A stretch of 64,000 bases of DNA from Eledone cirrhosa (taxonomy: Eukaryota). Of the stretch, positions 49,801 to 62,500 are shown one piece after another. The notes below the pieces were generated by a model. It saw only the letters and a program-made list of their open reading frames with translations. It was not told the origin of the DNA and ran no database searches. The first letter of the stretch is position 1; each line of letters starts with the position of its first letter. Location of the stretch: assembly GCA_964016885.1 (NCBI GenBank), contig OZ024745.1:186001-250000 (forward strand), in the 5' to 3' direction. The position numbers and the translations under genes are program-made.

Positions 49801-52800
49801 GATACAGTGGTAGTGTTATGTCTGATGCAGTGGTAGTGTCATGTCTGATGCAGTGGTGGTGTCATGTCTGATGCAGTGGTGGCGTCATGTCTGATGCAGT
49901 GGTGGTGTCATGTCTGATGCAGTGGTGGTGTCATGTCTGATGCAGTGGTGGTGTCATGTCTGATGCAGTGGTGGTGTCATGTCTGATGCAGTGGTGGTAT
50001 CATGTCTGATGCAGTGGTAGTGTCATGTCTGATGCAGTGGTAGTGTCATGTCTGATACAGTGGTAGTGTCATGTCTGATACAGTGGTAGTGTCATGTCTG
50101 ATACAGTGGTAGTGTCATGTCTGATACAGTGGTAGTGTCATGTCTGATAGTGGTAGTGTCATGTTTGATGCAGTGGTGGTGTCATGTCTGATGCAGTGGT
50201 AGTGTCATGTCTGATACAGTGGTAGTGTCATGTCTGATACAGTGGTGGTGTCATGTCTGATGCAGCGGTGGTGTCATGTCTGATGCAGTGGTGGTGTCAT
50301 GTCTGATGCAGTGGTGGTGTCATGTCTGATACAGTGGTGGTGTCATGTCTGATGCAGTGGTGGTGTCATGTCTGATGCAGTGGTGGTGTCATGTCTGATA
50401 CAGTGGTGGTGTCATGTCTGATACAGTGGTGGTGTCATGTCTGATACAGTGGTAGTGTCATGTCTGATACAGTGGTGGTGTCATGTCTGATACAGTGGTG
50501 GTGTCATGTCTGATACAGTGGTGGTGTCATGTCTGATACAGTGGTAGTGTTATGTCTGATGCAGTGGTAGTGTCATGTCTGATGCAGTGGTGGTGTCATG
50601 TCTGATGCAGTGGTGGCGTCATGTCTGATGCAGTGGTGGTGTCATGTCTGATGCAGTGGTGGTGTCATGTCTGATGCAGTGGTGGTGTCATGTCTGATGC
50701 AGTGGTGGTGTCATGTCTGATGCAGTGGTGGTATCATGTCTGATGCAGTGGTAGTGTCATGTCTGATGCAGTGGTAGTGTCATGTCTGATACAGTGGTAG
50801 TGTCATGTCTGATACAGTGGTAGTGTCATGTCTGATACAGTGGTAGTGTCATGTCTGATACAGTGGTAGTGTCATGTCTGATAGTGGTAGTGTCATGTTT
50901 GATGCAGTGGTGGTGTCATGTCTGATGCAGTGGTAGTGTCATGTCTGATACAGTGGTAGTGTCATGTCCAATACAGTGGTGGTGTCATGTCTGATGCAGT
51001 GGTAGTGTCATGTCTGATACAGTGGTAGTGTCATGTCTGATACAGTGGTAGTGTCATGTCTGATACAGTGGTGGTGTCATGTCTGACACAGTGGTAGTGT
51101 CATGTCTGATACAGTGGTAGTGTCATGTCTGATACAGTGGTGGTGTCATGTCTGATGCAGTGGTGGTGTCATGTCCGATGCAGTGGTGGTGTCATGTCCG
51201 ATACAGTGGTGGTGCCATGTCTGATGCAGTGGTAGTGTCATGTCTGATGCAGTGGTAGTGTCATGTCTGATGCAGTGGTGGTGTCATGTCTGATGCAGTG
51301 GTGGTGTCATGTCTGATGCAGTGGTGGTGTCATGTCTGATGCAGTGGTGGTGTCATGTCTGATGCAGTGGTGGTGTCATGTCTGATGCAGTGGTAGTGTC
51401 ATGTCTGATACAGTGGTAGTGTCATGTCTGATACAGTGGTAGTGTCATGTCTGATACAGTGGTAGTGTCATGTCTGATAGTGGTAGTGTCATGTCTGATA
51501 CAGTGGTAGTGTCATGTCTGATAGTGGTAGTGTCATGTTTGATGCAGTGGTGGTGTCATGTCTGATACAGTGGTGGTGTCATGTCTGATGCAGTGGTAGT
51601 GTCATGTCTGATACAGTGGTAGTGTCATGTCTGATACAGTGGTGGTGTCATGTCTGATACAGTGGTAGTGTCATGTCTGATACAGTGGTGGTGTCATGTC
51701 TAATGCATTGGTAGTGTCATGTCTGATACAGTGGTAGTGTCATGTCTGATACAGTGGTGGTGTCATGTCCGATACAGTGGTGGTGTCATGTCTGATACAG
51801 TGATGGTGTCATGTCTGATACAGTGGTAGTGTTATGTCTGATACAGTGGTGGTGTCATGTCTGATGCAGTGGTGGTGTCATGTCTGATAGAGTGGTGGTG
51901 TCATGTCTGATACAGTGGTAGTGTCATGTCTGATACAGTGGTAGTGTCATGTCTGATACAGTGGTAGTGTCATGTCTGATGCAGTGATAGTGTCATGTTT
52001 GATGCAGTGGTGGTGTCATGTCTGATGCAATGGTAGTGTCATGTCTGATACAGTGGTAGTGTCATGTCTGATACAGTGGTAGTGTCATGTCTGATACAGT
52101 GGTGGTGTCATGTCTGATGCAGTGGTGGTGTCATGTGTGATACAGTGGTAGTGTCATGTCTGATACAGTGGTAGTGTCATGTCTGATACAGTGGTAGTGT
52201 CATGTCTGATACAGTGGTGGTGTCATGTCTGATACAGTGGAGGTGTCATGTCTGATACAGTGGTAGTGTCATGTCTGATGCAGTGAAGGTGTCATGTCTG
52301 ATACAGTGGTGGTGTCATGTCTGACAGTGGTAGTGTCATGTCTGATGCAGTGGTGGTGTCATGTCTGATGCAGTGGTGGTGTCATGTCTGATGCAGTGGT
52401 GGTGTCATGTCTGATGCAGTGGTGGTGTCATGTCTGATGCAGCGGTGGTGTCATGTCTGATGCAGTGGTGGTGTCATGTCTGATGCAGTGGTGGTGTCAT
52501 GTCTGATACAGTGGTAGTGTCATGTCTGATACAGTGGTGGTGTCATGTCTGATACAGTGGTGGTGTCATGTCTGATACAGTGGTAGTGTTATGTCTGATG
52601 CAGTGGTAGTGTCATGTCTGATGCAGTGGTGGTGTCATGTCTGATGCAGTGGTGGCGTCATGTCTGATGCAGTGGTGGTGTCATGTCTGATGCAGTGGTG
52701 GTGTCATGTCTGATGCAGTGGTGGTGTCATGTCTGATGCAGTGGTGGTGTCATGTCTGATGCAGTGGTGGTATCATGTCTGATGCAGTGGTAGTGTCATG

Positions 52801-53865
52801 TCTGATGCAGTGGTAGTGTCATGTCTGATACAGTGGTAGTGTCATGTCTGATACAGTGGTAGTGTCATGTCTGATACAGTGGTAGTGTCATGTCTGATAC
52901 AGTGGTAGTGTCATGTCTGATAGTGGTAGTGTCATGTTTGATGCAGTGGTGGTGTCATGTCTGATGCAGTGGTAGTGTCATGTCTGATACAGTGGTAGTG
53001 TCATGTCCAATACAGTGGTGGTGTCATGTCTGATGCAGTGGTAGTGTCATGTCTGATACAGTGGTAGTGTCATGTCTGATACAGTGGTAGTGTCATGTCT
53101 GATACAGTGGTGGTGTCATGTCTGACACAGTGGTAGTGTCATGTCTGATACAGTGGTAGTGTCATGTCTGATACAGTGGTGGTGTCATGTCTGATGCAGT
53201 GGTGGTGTCATGTCCGATGCAGTGGTGGTGTCATGTCCGATACAGTGGTGGTGTCATGTCTGATACAGTGGTGGTGTCATGTCCGATGCAGTGGTGGTGT
53301 CATGTCTGATGCAGTGGTGGTGTCATGTCTGATACAGTGTCATGTCTGATACAGTGGTGGTGTCATGTCTGATACAATGTCATGTCTGATACAGTGGTAG
53401 TGTCATGTCTGATACAGTGGTGGTGTCATGTCTGATACAGTGGTGGTGTCATGTCTGATACAGTGGTGGTGTCATGTCTGATGCAGTGGTGGTGTCATGT
53501 CTGATAGAATGTCATGTCTGATACAGTGGTAGTGTCATGTCTGATACAGTGGTGGTGTCATGTCTGATGCAGTGGTGGTGTCATGTCTGATACAATGTCA
53601 TGTCTGATACAGTGGTAGTGTCATGTCTGATACAGTGGTGGTGTCATGTCTGATACAGTGGTGGTGTCATGTGATGCAGTGGTGGTGTCATGTCTGATAC
53701 AGTGGTGGTGTCATGTCTGATACAGTGATAGTGTCATGTCTGATACAGTGGTAGTGTCATGTCTGATGCAGTGGTGGTGTCATGTCTGATACAGTGGTGG
53801 TGTCATGTCTGATGCAGTGGTGGTGTCATGTCTGATACAGTGTCATGTCTGATACAGTGATAGTG
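43897..53865 (+). repeat. Minisatellite 4: 23-bp unit, ~430 copies
   Basis: Unit GTCATGTCTGAT(A/G)CAGTGGT(A/G)GT, with two common dimorphic positions. Confidence 0.99.
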
Positions 53866-53929
53866 TGCCTAAATTGATGTCCATAAATAAATATTGATTA
53901 TATCAGCAATATATAAATCTTGGTGTTTC

Positions 53930-54895
53930 AACAGACTGTTGGATATGTCACATTATGTGTCAGACAGACATATTACATCATGTGATATCAGACTGTTGGA
54001 CTATTCACATGATGTTTCAGATGGACATGTCATGTCAGACAGTCATATCACATCATGTGATATGTCAGACTGTTTGACATATGTGATGTGTCAGACTTTT
54101 TGACATATCACAGGATATGTCAAACAGTCTGACACATCACATATGTGAAACAGTCTGACACATCACATGATATGTCAAACAGCCTGACACATCACATGAT
54201 ATGTGAAACAGTCTGACACATCATATGATATGTTAAACAGTCTGACACATCACATGATATGTCAAACAGTCTGACATCATATATGTCAAACAGTCTGACA
54301 CATCACATATGTCAAACAGTCTGACACATCACATATGTCAAACAGTCTGACACATCACATGACATGTCAAACAGTCTGACACATCACATGATATGTCAAA
54401 CAGTCTGACACATCACATGATATGTCAAACAGTCTGACACATCACATGACATGTCAAACAGTCTGACACATCACATGATATGTCAAACAGTCTGACACAT
54501 CACATGTCAAACAGTCTGACACATCACATATGTCAAACAGTCTGACACATCACATATGTCAAACAGTCTGACACATCACATATATCCAACAGTCTGACAC
54601 ATCACATATGTCAAACAGTCTGACACATCACATGATATGTCAAACAGTCTGACACATCACATGATATGTCAAACAGTATGACACATCACATATGTCAAAC
54701 AGTCTGACACATCACATATGTCAAACAGTCTGACACATCACATGATATGTCAAACAGTCTGACACATCACATATGTCAAACAGTCTGACACATCACATAT
54801 GTCAAACAGTCTGACACATCACATATATCCAACAGTCTGACACATCACATATGTCAAACAGTCTGACATATCACATGATATATCGGACTGTTGGA
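53930..54895. repeat. 26/29-bp tandem repeat with an orientation switch at ~54110
   Basis: Unit ATGTCAAACAGTCTGACACATCACAT(GAT) from 54114 to ~54880. Reverse-oriented, more degenerate units lie at 53930-54109. Confidence 0.93.
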
Positions 54896-55029
54896 CTTTG
54901 TATCAATTTTAACGAGAACATTGCTTTTTCTGTTTTATAAATACATTCCCCAAACTCCAGACTGATCCACTATTTCTACTAAGTATGGTGCCCAAATATG
55001 TTATATGATTTTTATCATATCAAATATCT

Positions 55030-55245
55030 GAGTGGTGGATTGGCAGAATCGGTAGAGCATGGGGACAACATGCTTTACGGCATATAGTTACGTCCCTTTA
55101 CATTCTGAGTTTAAATCCAGCAGAGATTAGCTTTGTTTTCCATCCTTATGTGAGTCAATAAAATAAAATACCAGTAACACACTGGGATCGATTTAATCAA
55201 CTTTCCTCTCCCCCAAAATTGTTGGCCTTGTATCTAAACCATTAT
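55030..55245 (+). mobile_element. Octopus-type SINE, near full length, diverged
   Basis: TGGCAGAATCGGTAGAGCA head, TTCTGAGTTTAAATCC, TTTCATCCTT, AAAATAAAATACCAGT and TTGTTGGCCTTGT. Confidence 0.8.
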
Positions 55246-55514
55246 TTCCCCTCCTATGTCTCAATGGGCCTCTATCGGTTTCAACAATGAAGGCTCCTGT
55301 TCATTGATCAATGGAACACACTGCTCATGAAATGAGTCGTATGTGGTGACACACAAGTGTCTTGGGCACTTTAAACCTGGTGGAACCCATCCCTTCGCCA
55401 AGTCTGACCACAGTCAATTTCTTCCAGAGGATTTTTGCCCATTTCTCAGGCAGAAACTAGTGGATTTGGCTTATATTTGAGTATGTACAGTAATACTTTT
55501 GTAAAAGTTACAAT

Positions 55515-55703
55515 AATAATTGTTTCTACTTTTGGCACAAGGGCAGCAAATACCCAGTACATTACTGGTACTTTATTTTATCGACCCCATAAGGATGAAA
55601 GGCAAAGTTAACTTCGACGGGATTTGAACTCAGACCGTAAAGAGACGTAACTAGGCTAAAAAGCATGGTGTCCGACCCTCTACCGATACTGCCAATTCAC
55701 CAG
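55515..55703 (-). mobile_element. Octopus-type SINE, reverse
   Basis: TGGCACAAGGGCAGCAA..TACTGGTACTTTATTTTATCGACCCCATAAGGATGAAAGGCAAAGTTAACTTCGACGGGATTTGAACTCAGA..CTACCGATACTGCCAATTCACC. Confidence 0.85.
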
Positions 55704-56301
55704 TATAAAAGCCAATATGTTTACTATAGATTCAACACTGTTTGCTAATAATGCCAGTTATGATGTCAACTGCCAGTGATACTTATTTTAAAACTTTTCA
55801 CACTACCATCACTGTATTGTAACATTCCTTTCAGCTCTGCGCAAAATTATTCACTAACATTAAACTATGACATCTTAGTGTTGCAGTAGAAAACAAAATA
55901 TTACTTGCATTCAGTTGAACTTGTAGAAAGCAAATGCATTCAGTTTGTCTGGTTAATAGTGGAGCTGAGCAGATTAAAGATAAAGACACATTTCAGGAAT
56001 GTTTAGAGTAAGAAGCAATCTAAAACTAGTGCTATATTAATAGCAGAGATACTAAAGACTTATGAGAAAACTACAATAATAGAATGCTCGAACAAATCTG
56101 AATGATGTCGGTGTATTCCTGTTTAGAAGGATTAATTCTAACACATCATTTTGAAAATATCTAATAACAAGACAATTAGAATTAATATTATTCATATTTC
56201 TATATATTTACAAGTAATGCTGAGCATGTGTTGCTGTTATTCCAGAGTAGATAAACATTATTTAAAGACCATTTCCACCAGAATCCCAGGCAGTGTTATA
56301 C

Positions 56302-56508
56302 CTATAACACAACGTAGAAGAAGATAGCCAAATACTGGGATTTGACCAACTGTTTTCATGCCAATCGCTGTCAGCATCTCTGGTGCACTCAGTCCCAAAC
56401 TGTCATTTTCCTCTGCAAATTTGAGTGCATCCTGCCTGAGGAAGGAGCCCCATGAGGTAGAGTGGTTCATGCAGCAGGTGTTGATGGCTGTTCTCCACTA
56501 GTGTGCAA
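56302..56508 (-). other. Candidate host exon abutting minisatellite 5; reading frame uncertain
   Basis: Unique sequence, more GC-rich than its flank, bounded by TATATTTCAG (AG at 56510-56509) and TAG/GTATAA. From this acceptor all three frames contain a stop. An alternative AG at 56499-56498 opens WRTAINTCCMNHSTSWGSFLRQDALKFAEENDSLGLSAPEMLTAIGMKTVGQIPVFGYLLLRCVI. Confidence 0.35.
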
Positions 56509-56509
56509 C

Positions 56510-59500
56510 TGAAATATACCACCTAGACAGGGATGTAGAGTCTGTCACTCACAGCTGAGATATACCACCTAGACTGGGGTGGGGAGTGTCACTCACAGCT
56601 GAGATATACCACCTAGACTGGGATGTAGAGTCTAGCACTCACAGATGATATACCACCTAGACTTGGGTGTAGAGTATGTCACTCACAGCTGATATACCAC
56701 CTAAACTGGAGTGTGGAGTCTATCACTCACAGCTGAGATATACCACCTAGACTAGGGTGTAGAGTCTGTCAGTCACAGCTGAGATATACCACCTAGACTG
56801 GAGTGTAGAGTATGTCACTCACAGCTGAGATATACCACCTAGACTGGGGTGTAGAGTCTGTCACTCACAGCTGAGATACACCACCTAGACTGGAGTGTAG
56901 AGTCTCACTCACAGCTGAGATATACCAGCTAGACTGGGGTGTAGAGTCTGAGACTCACAGCTGAGATATACCACCTAGACTGGGTTTGTAGAGTCTGTCA
57001 CTCACAGCTGAGATATACCACCTAGACTGGGGTGTAGAGTCTGTCACTCACAGCTGAGATATACCACCTAGACTAGGGTGTAGAGTCTGTCACTCACAGC
57101 TGAGATATACCACCTAGACTGGGGTGTAGAGTCTGTCACTCACAGCTGAGATGTACCACCTAGACTGGGGTGTAGAGTCTGTCACTCACAGCTGAGATAT
57201 ACCACCTAAACTGGGGTGTAGAGTCTGTCACTCAGAGCTGAGATATACCACCTAGACTGGAGTGTAGAGTCTGTCACTCACAGCTGAGATATACCACCTA
57301 GACTGGGGTGTAGAGTCTGTCACTCACAGCTGAGATATACCACCTAGACTGGGGTGTAGAGTCTGTCACTCATAGATGATATACCACCTAGACTGGGATG
57401 TAGAGTCTGTCACTCACAGCTGAGATATACCACCTAGACTGGGGTGTAGAGTCTGTCACTCACAGCTGAGATATACCACCTAGACTGGGGTGTAGAGTCT
57501 ATCACTCACAGCTGAGATATACCACCTAGACTGGGGTGTAGAGTCTGTCACTCATAGATGATATACCACCTAGACTGGGATGTAGAGTCTGTCACTCACA
57601 GCTGAGATATACCACCTAGACTGGGGTGTAGAGTGTCACTCACAGCTGAGATATACCACCTAGACTGGGGTGTAGAGTCTGTCACTCAGCTGAGATATAC
57701 CACCTAGACTGGGGTGTAGAGTCTGTCACTCATAGATGATATACCACCTAGACTGGGGTGTAGAGTCTGTCACCCACAGCTGAGATATACCACCTAGACT
57801 GGGGTGTAGAGTCTGTCACTCACAGCTGAGATATACCACCTAGACTGGGGTGTAGAGTCTGTCACTCATAGATGATATACCACCTAGACTGGGGTGTAGA
57901 GTCTGTCACTCACAGCTGAGATATACCACCTAGACTGGGGTGTAGAGTCTGTCACTCACAGCTGAGATATACCACCTAGACTGGGGTGTAGAGTCTGAGA
58001 CTCACGGCTGAGATATACCACCTAGACTGGGTTTGTAGAGTCTGTCACTCATAGATGATATACCACCTAGACTGGGGTGTAGAGTCTGTCACTCACAGCT
58101 GAGATATACCACCTAGACTGGGGTGTAGAGTCTGTCACTCACAGCTGAGATATACCACCTAGACTGGGGTGTAGAGTCTGAGACTCACGGCTGAGATATA
58201 CCACCTAGACTGGGTTTGTAGAGTATGTCACTCACAGATGATATACCACCAAGACTGGGGTGTAGAGTATGTCACTCACAGATGATATACCACCTAGACT
58301 GGGGTGTAGAGTATGTCAATCACAGCTGAGATATACCACCTAGACTCGGGTGTAGAGTCTAACACTCACAGCTGAGATATACCACCTAGACTGGGGTGTG
58401 GAGTCTGTCACTCACAGCTGAGATATACCACCTAGACTGTGGTGTAGAGTCTGTCACTCATAGATGATATACCACCTAGACTGGGGTGTAGAGTCTGTCA
58501 CTCACAGCTGAGATATACCACCTAGACTGGGGTGTGGAGTATGTCACTCACAGCTGAGATATACCACCTAGACTGGGATGTAGAGTCTGTCACTCACAGC
58601 TGAGATATACCACCTAGACTGGGGTGTAGAGTCTGTCACTCACAGCTGAGATATACCACCTAGACTGGGGTGTAGAGTCAGTCACTCACGGCTGAGATAT
58701 ACCACCTAGACTGGGATGTAGAGTCTGTCACTCACAGCTGAGATATACCACCTAAACTGGGGTGTAGAGTCTGTCACTCACAGCTGAGATATACCACCTA
58801 GACTGGGATGTAGAGTCTAGCACTCACAGATGATATACCACCTAGACTGGGGTGTAGAGTCTATCACTCACAGCTGAGATATACCACCTAGACTGGGGTG
58901 TAGAGTATGTCAGTCACAGCTGAGATATACCACCTAGACTGGGGTGTAGAGTCTAGCACTCACAGATGATATACCACCTAGACTGGGGTGTAGAGTCTGT
59001 CACTCACAGCTGAGATATACCACCTAGACTGGGGTGTAGGGTGTCACTCACAGCTGAGATATACCACCTAGACTGGGGTGTGGAGTCTGTCACTCACAGC
59101 TGAGATATACCACCTAGACTGGGGTGTAGAGTTTGTCACTCATAGATGATATACCACCTAGACTGGGGTGTAGAGTCTGTCACTCACAGCTGAGATATAC
59201 CACCTAGACTGGGGTGTAGAGTCTGACACTCACAGCTGAGATATACCACCTAGACTGGGGTGTAGAGTCAGTCACTCACGGCTGAGATATACCACCTAGA
59301 CTGGGGTGTAGAGTCTGTCACTCACAGCTGAGATATACCACCTAGACTGGGGTGTAGGGTGTCACTCACAGCTGAGATATACCACCTAAACTGGGGTGTA
59401 GAGTCTGTCACTCACAGCTGAGATATACCACCTAGACTGGGGTGTAGAGTCTATCACTCACAGCTGATATACCACCTAGACTGGGGTGTAGAGTATGTCA

Positions 59501-62500
59501 GTCACAGCTGAGATATACCACCTAGACTGGGGTGTAGAGTCTAGCACTCACAGATGATATACCACCTAGACTGGGGTGTAGAGTATGTCACTCACAGCTG
59601 ATATACCACCTAGAATGGGGTGTAGAGTCTGTCACTCACAGCTGAGATATACCACCTAGACTGGGGTGTAGGGTGTCACTCACAGCTGAGATATACCACC
59701 TAGACTGGGGTGTAGAGTCTGTCACTCACAGCTGAGATATACCACCTAGACTGGGGTGTAGAGTCTGTCACTCATAGATGATATACCACCTAGACTGGGA
59801 TGTAGAGTCTATCACTCACAGCTGAGATATACCACCTAGACTGGGGTGTAGAGTCTGTCACTCACAGCTGAGATATACCACCTAGACTGGGGTGTAGAGT
59901 CTATCACTCACAGCTGAGATATACCACCTAGACTGGAGTGTAGAGTCTGTCACTCATAGATGATATACCACCTAGACTGGGATGTAGAGTCTGTCACTCA
60001 CAGCTGAGATATACCACCTAGACTGGGGTGTAGAGTCTGTCACTCACAGCTGAGATATACCACCTAGACTGGGTTTGTAGAGTATGTCACTCACAGATGT
60101 TATACCACCTAGACTGGGGTGTAGAGTATGTCACTCACAGATGATATACCACCTAGACTGGGGTGTAGAATATGTCAATCACAGCTGAGATATATCACCT
60201 AGACTCGGGTGTAGAGTCTAACACTCACAGCTGAGATATACCACCTAGACTGGGGTGTGGAGTCTGTCACTCACAGCTGAGATATACCACCTAGACTGGG
60301 GTGTAGAGTCTGTCACTCATAGATGATATACCACCTAGACTGGGGTGTAGAGTCTGTCACTCACAGCTGAGATATACCACCTAGACTGGGGTGTGGAGTA
60401 TGTCACTCACAGCTGAGATATACCACCTAGACTGGGGTGTAGAGTCTGTCACTCACAGCTGAGATATACCACCTAGACTGGGGTGTAGAGTCTGTCACTC
60501 ACAGCTGAGATATACCACCTAGACTGGGGTGTAGAGTCTGACACTCACAGCTGAGATATACCACCTAGACTGGGGTGTAGAGTCAGTCACTCACGGCTGA
60601 GATATACCACCTAGACTGGGATGTAGAGTCTGTCACTCACAGCTGAGATATACCACCTAAACTGGGGTGTCGAGTCTGTCACTCACAGCTGAGATATACC
60701 ACCTAGACTGGGGTGTAGAGTCTGTCACTCACAGCTGAGATATACCACCTAGACAGGGGTGTAGAGTATGTCACTCACAGCTTAGATATACCACCTAGAC
60801 TCGGGTGTAGAGTCTATCACTCACAGCTGAGATATACCACCTGGACTGGGGTGTAGAGTCTGTCACCCATAGATGATATACCACCTATACTGGGGTGTAG
60901 AGTCTGTCACTCACAGCTGAGATATACCACCGAGACTGGGGTGTAGAGTCTGAGACTCACGGCTGAGATATACCACCTAGACTGGGTTTGTAGAGTCTGT
61001 CACTCATAGATGATATACCACCTAGACTGGGGTGTAGAGTCTGTCACTCACAGCTGAGATATACCACCTAGACTGGGGTGTAGAGTCTGTCACTCACAGC
61101 TGAGATATACCACCTAGACTGGGGTGTAGAGTCTGAGACTCACGGCTGAGATATACCACCTAGACTGGGTTTGTAGAGTATGTCACTCACAGATGTTATA
61201 CCACCTAGACTGGGGTGTAGAGTATGTCACTCACAGATGATATACCACCTACACTGGGGTGTAGAGTATGTCAATCACAGCTGAGATATACCACCTAGAC
61301 TCGGGTGTAGAGTCTAACACTCACAGCTGAGATATACCACCTAGACTGGGGTGTGGAGTCTGTCACTCACAGCTGAGATATACCACCTAGACTGGGGTGT
61401 AGAGTCTGTCACTCACAGCTGAGATATACCACCTAGACTGGGGTGTGGAGTATGTCACTCACAGCTGAGATATACCACCTAGACTGGGGTGTAGAGTCTG
61501 TCACTCACAGCTGAGATATACCACCTAGACTGGGGTGTAGAGTCTGTCACTCACAGCTGAGATATACCACCTAGACTGGGGTGTAGAGTCTGACACTCAC
61601 AGCTGAGATATACCACCTAGACTGGGGTGTAGAGTCAGTCACTCACGGCTGAGATATACCACCTAGACTGGGATGTAGAGTCTGTCACTCACAGCTGAGA
61701 TATACCACCTAAACTGGGGTGTAGAGTCTGTCACTCACAGCTGAGATATACCACCTAGACTGGGATGTAGAGTCTAGCACTCACAGATGATATACCACCT
61801 AGACTGGGGTGTAGAGTCTATCAGTCACAGCTGAGATATACCACCTAGACTGGGGTGTAGAGTATGTCAGTCACAGCTGAGATATACCACCTAGACTGGG
61901 GTGTAGAGTCTAGCACTCACAGATGATATACCACCTAGACTGGGGTGTAGAGTATGTCACTCACAGCTGATATACCACCTAGAATGGGGTGTAGAGTCTG
62001 TCACTCACAGCTGAGATATACCACCTAGACTGGGGTGTAGGGTGTCACTCACAGCTGAGATATACCACCTAGACTGGGGTGTAGGGTGTCAGTCACAGCT
62101 GAGATATACCACCTAGACTGGGGTATAGAGTCTATCACTCACAGCTGAGATATACCACCTAGACTGGGCTGTAGAGTCTGTCTCTCACAGCTGAGATATA
62201 TCACCTAGACTGGGGTGTAGAGTCTGTCAGTCACAGCTGAGATATACCACCTAGACTGGGGTGTAGAGTCTGACACTCACAGCTGAGATATACAACCTAG
62301 ACTGGGGTGTAGAGTCTGTCACTCAGAGCTGAGATATACCACCTAGACTGGAGTGTAGAGTTTGTCACTCACACCTGAGATATACCACCTAGACTGGAGT
62401 GTAGAGTCTGTCACTCACAGCTGAGATATACCACCTAGACTGGGGTGTAGAGTCTGTCAGTCACAGCTGAGATATACCACCTAGACTGGGGTGTAGAGTC

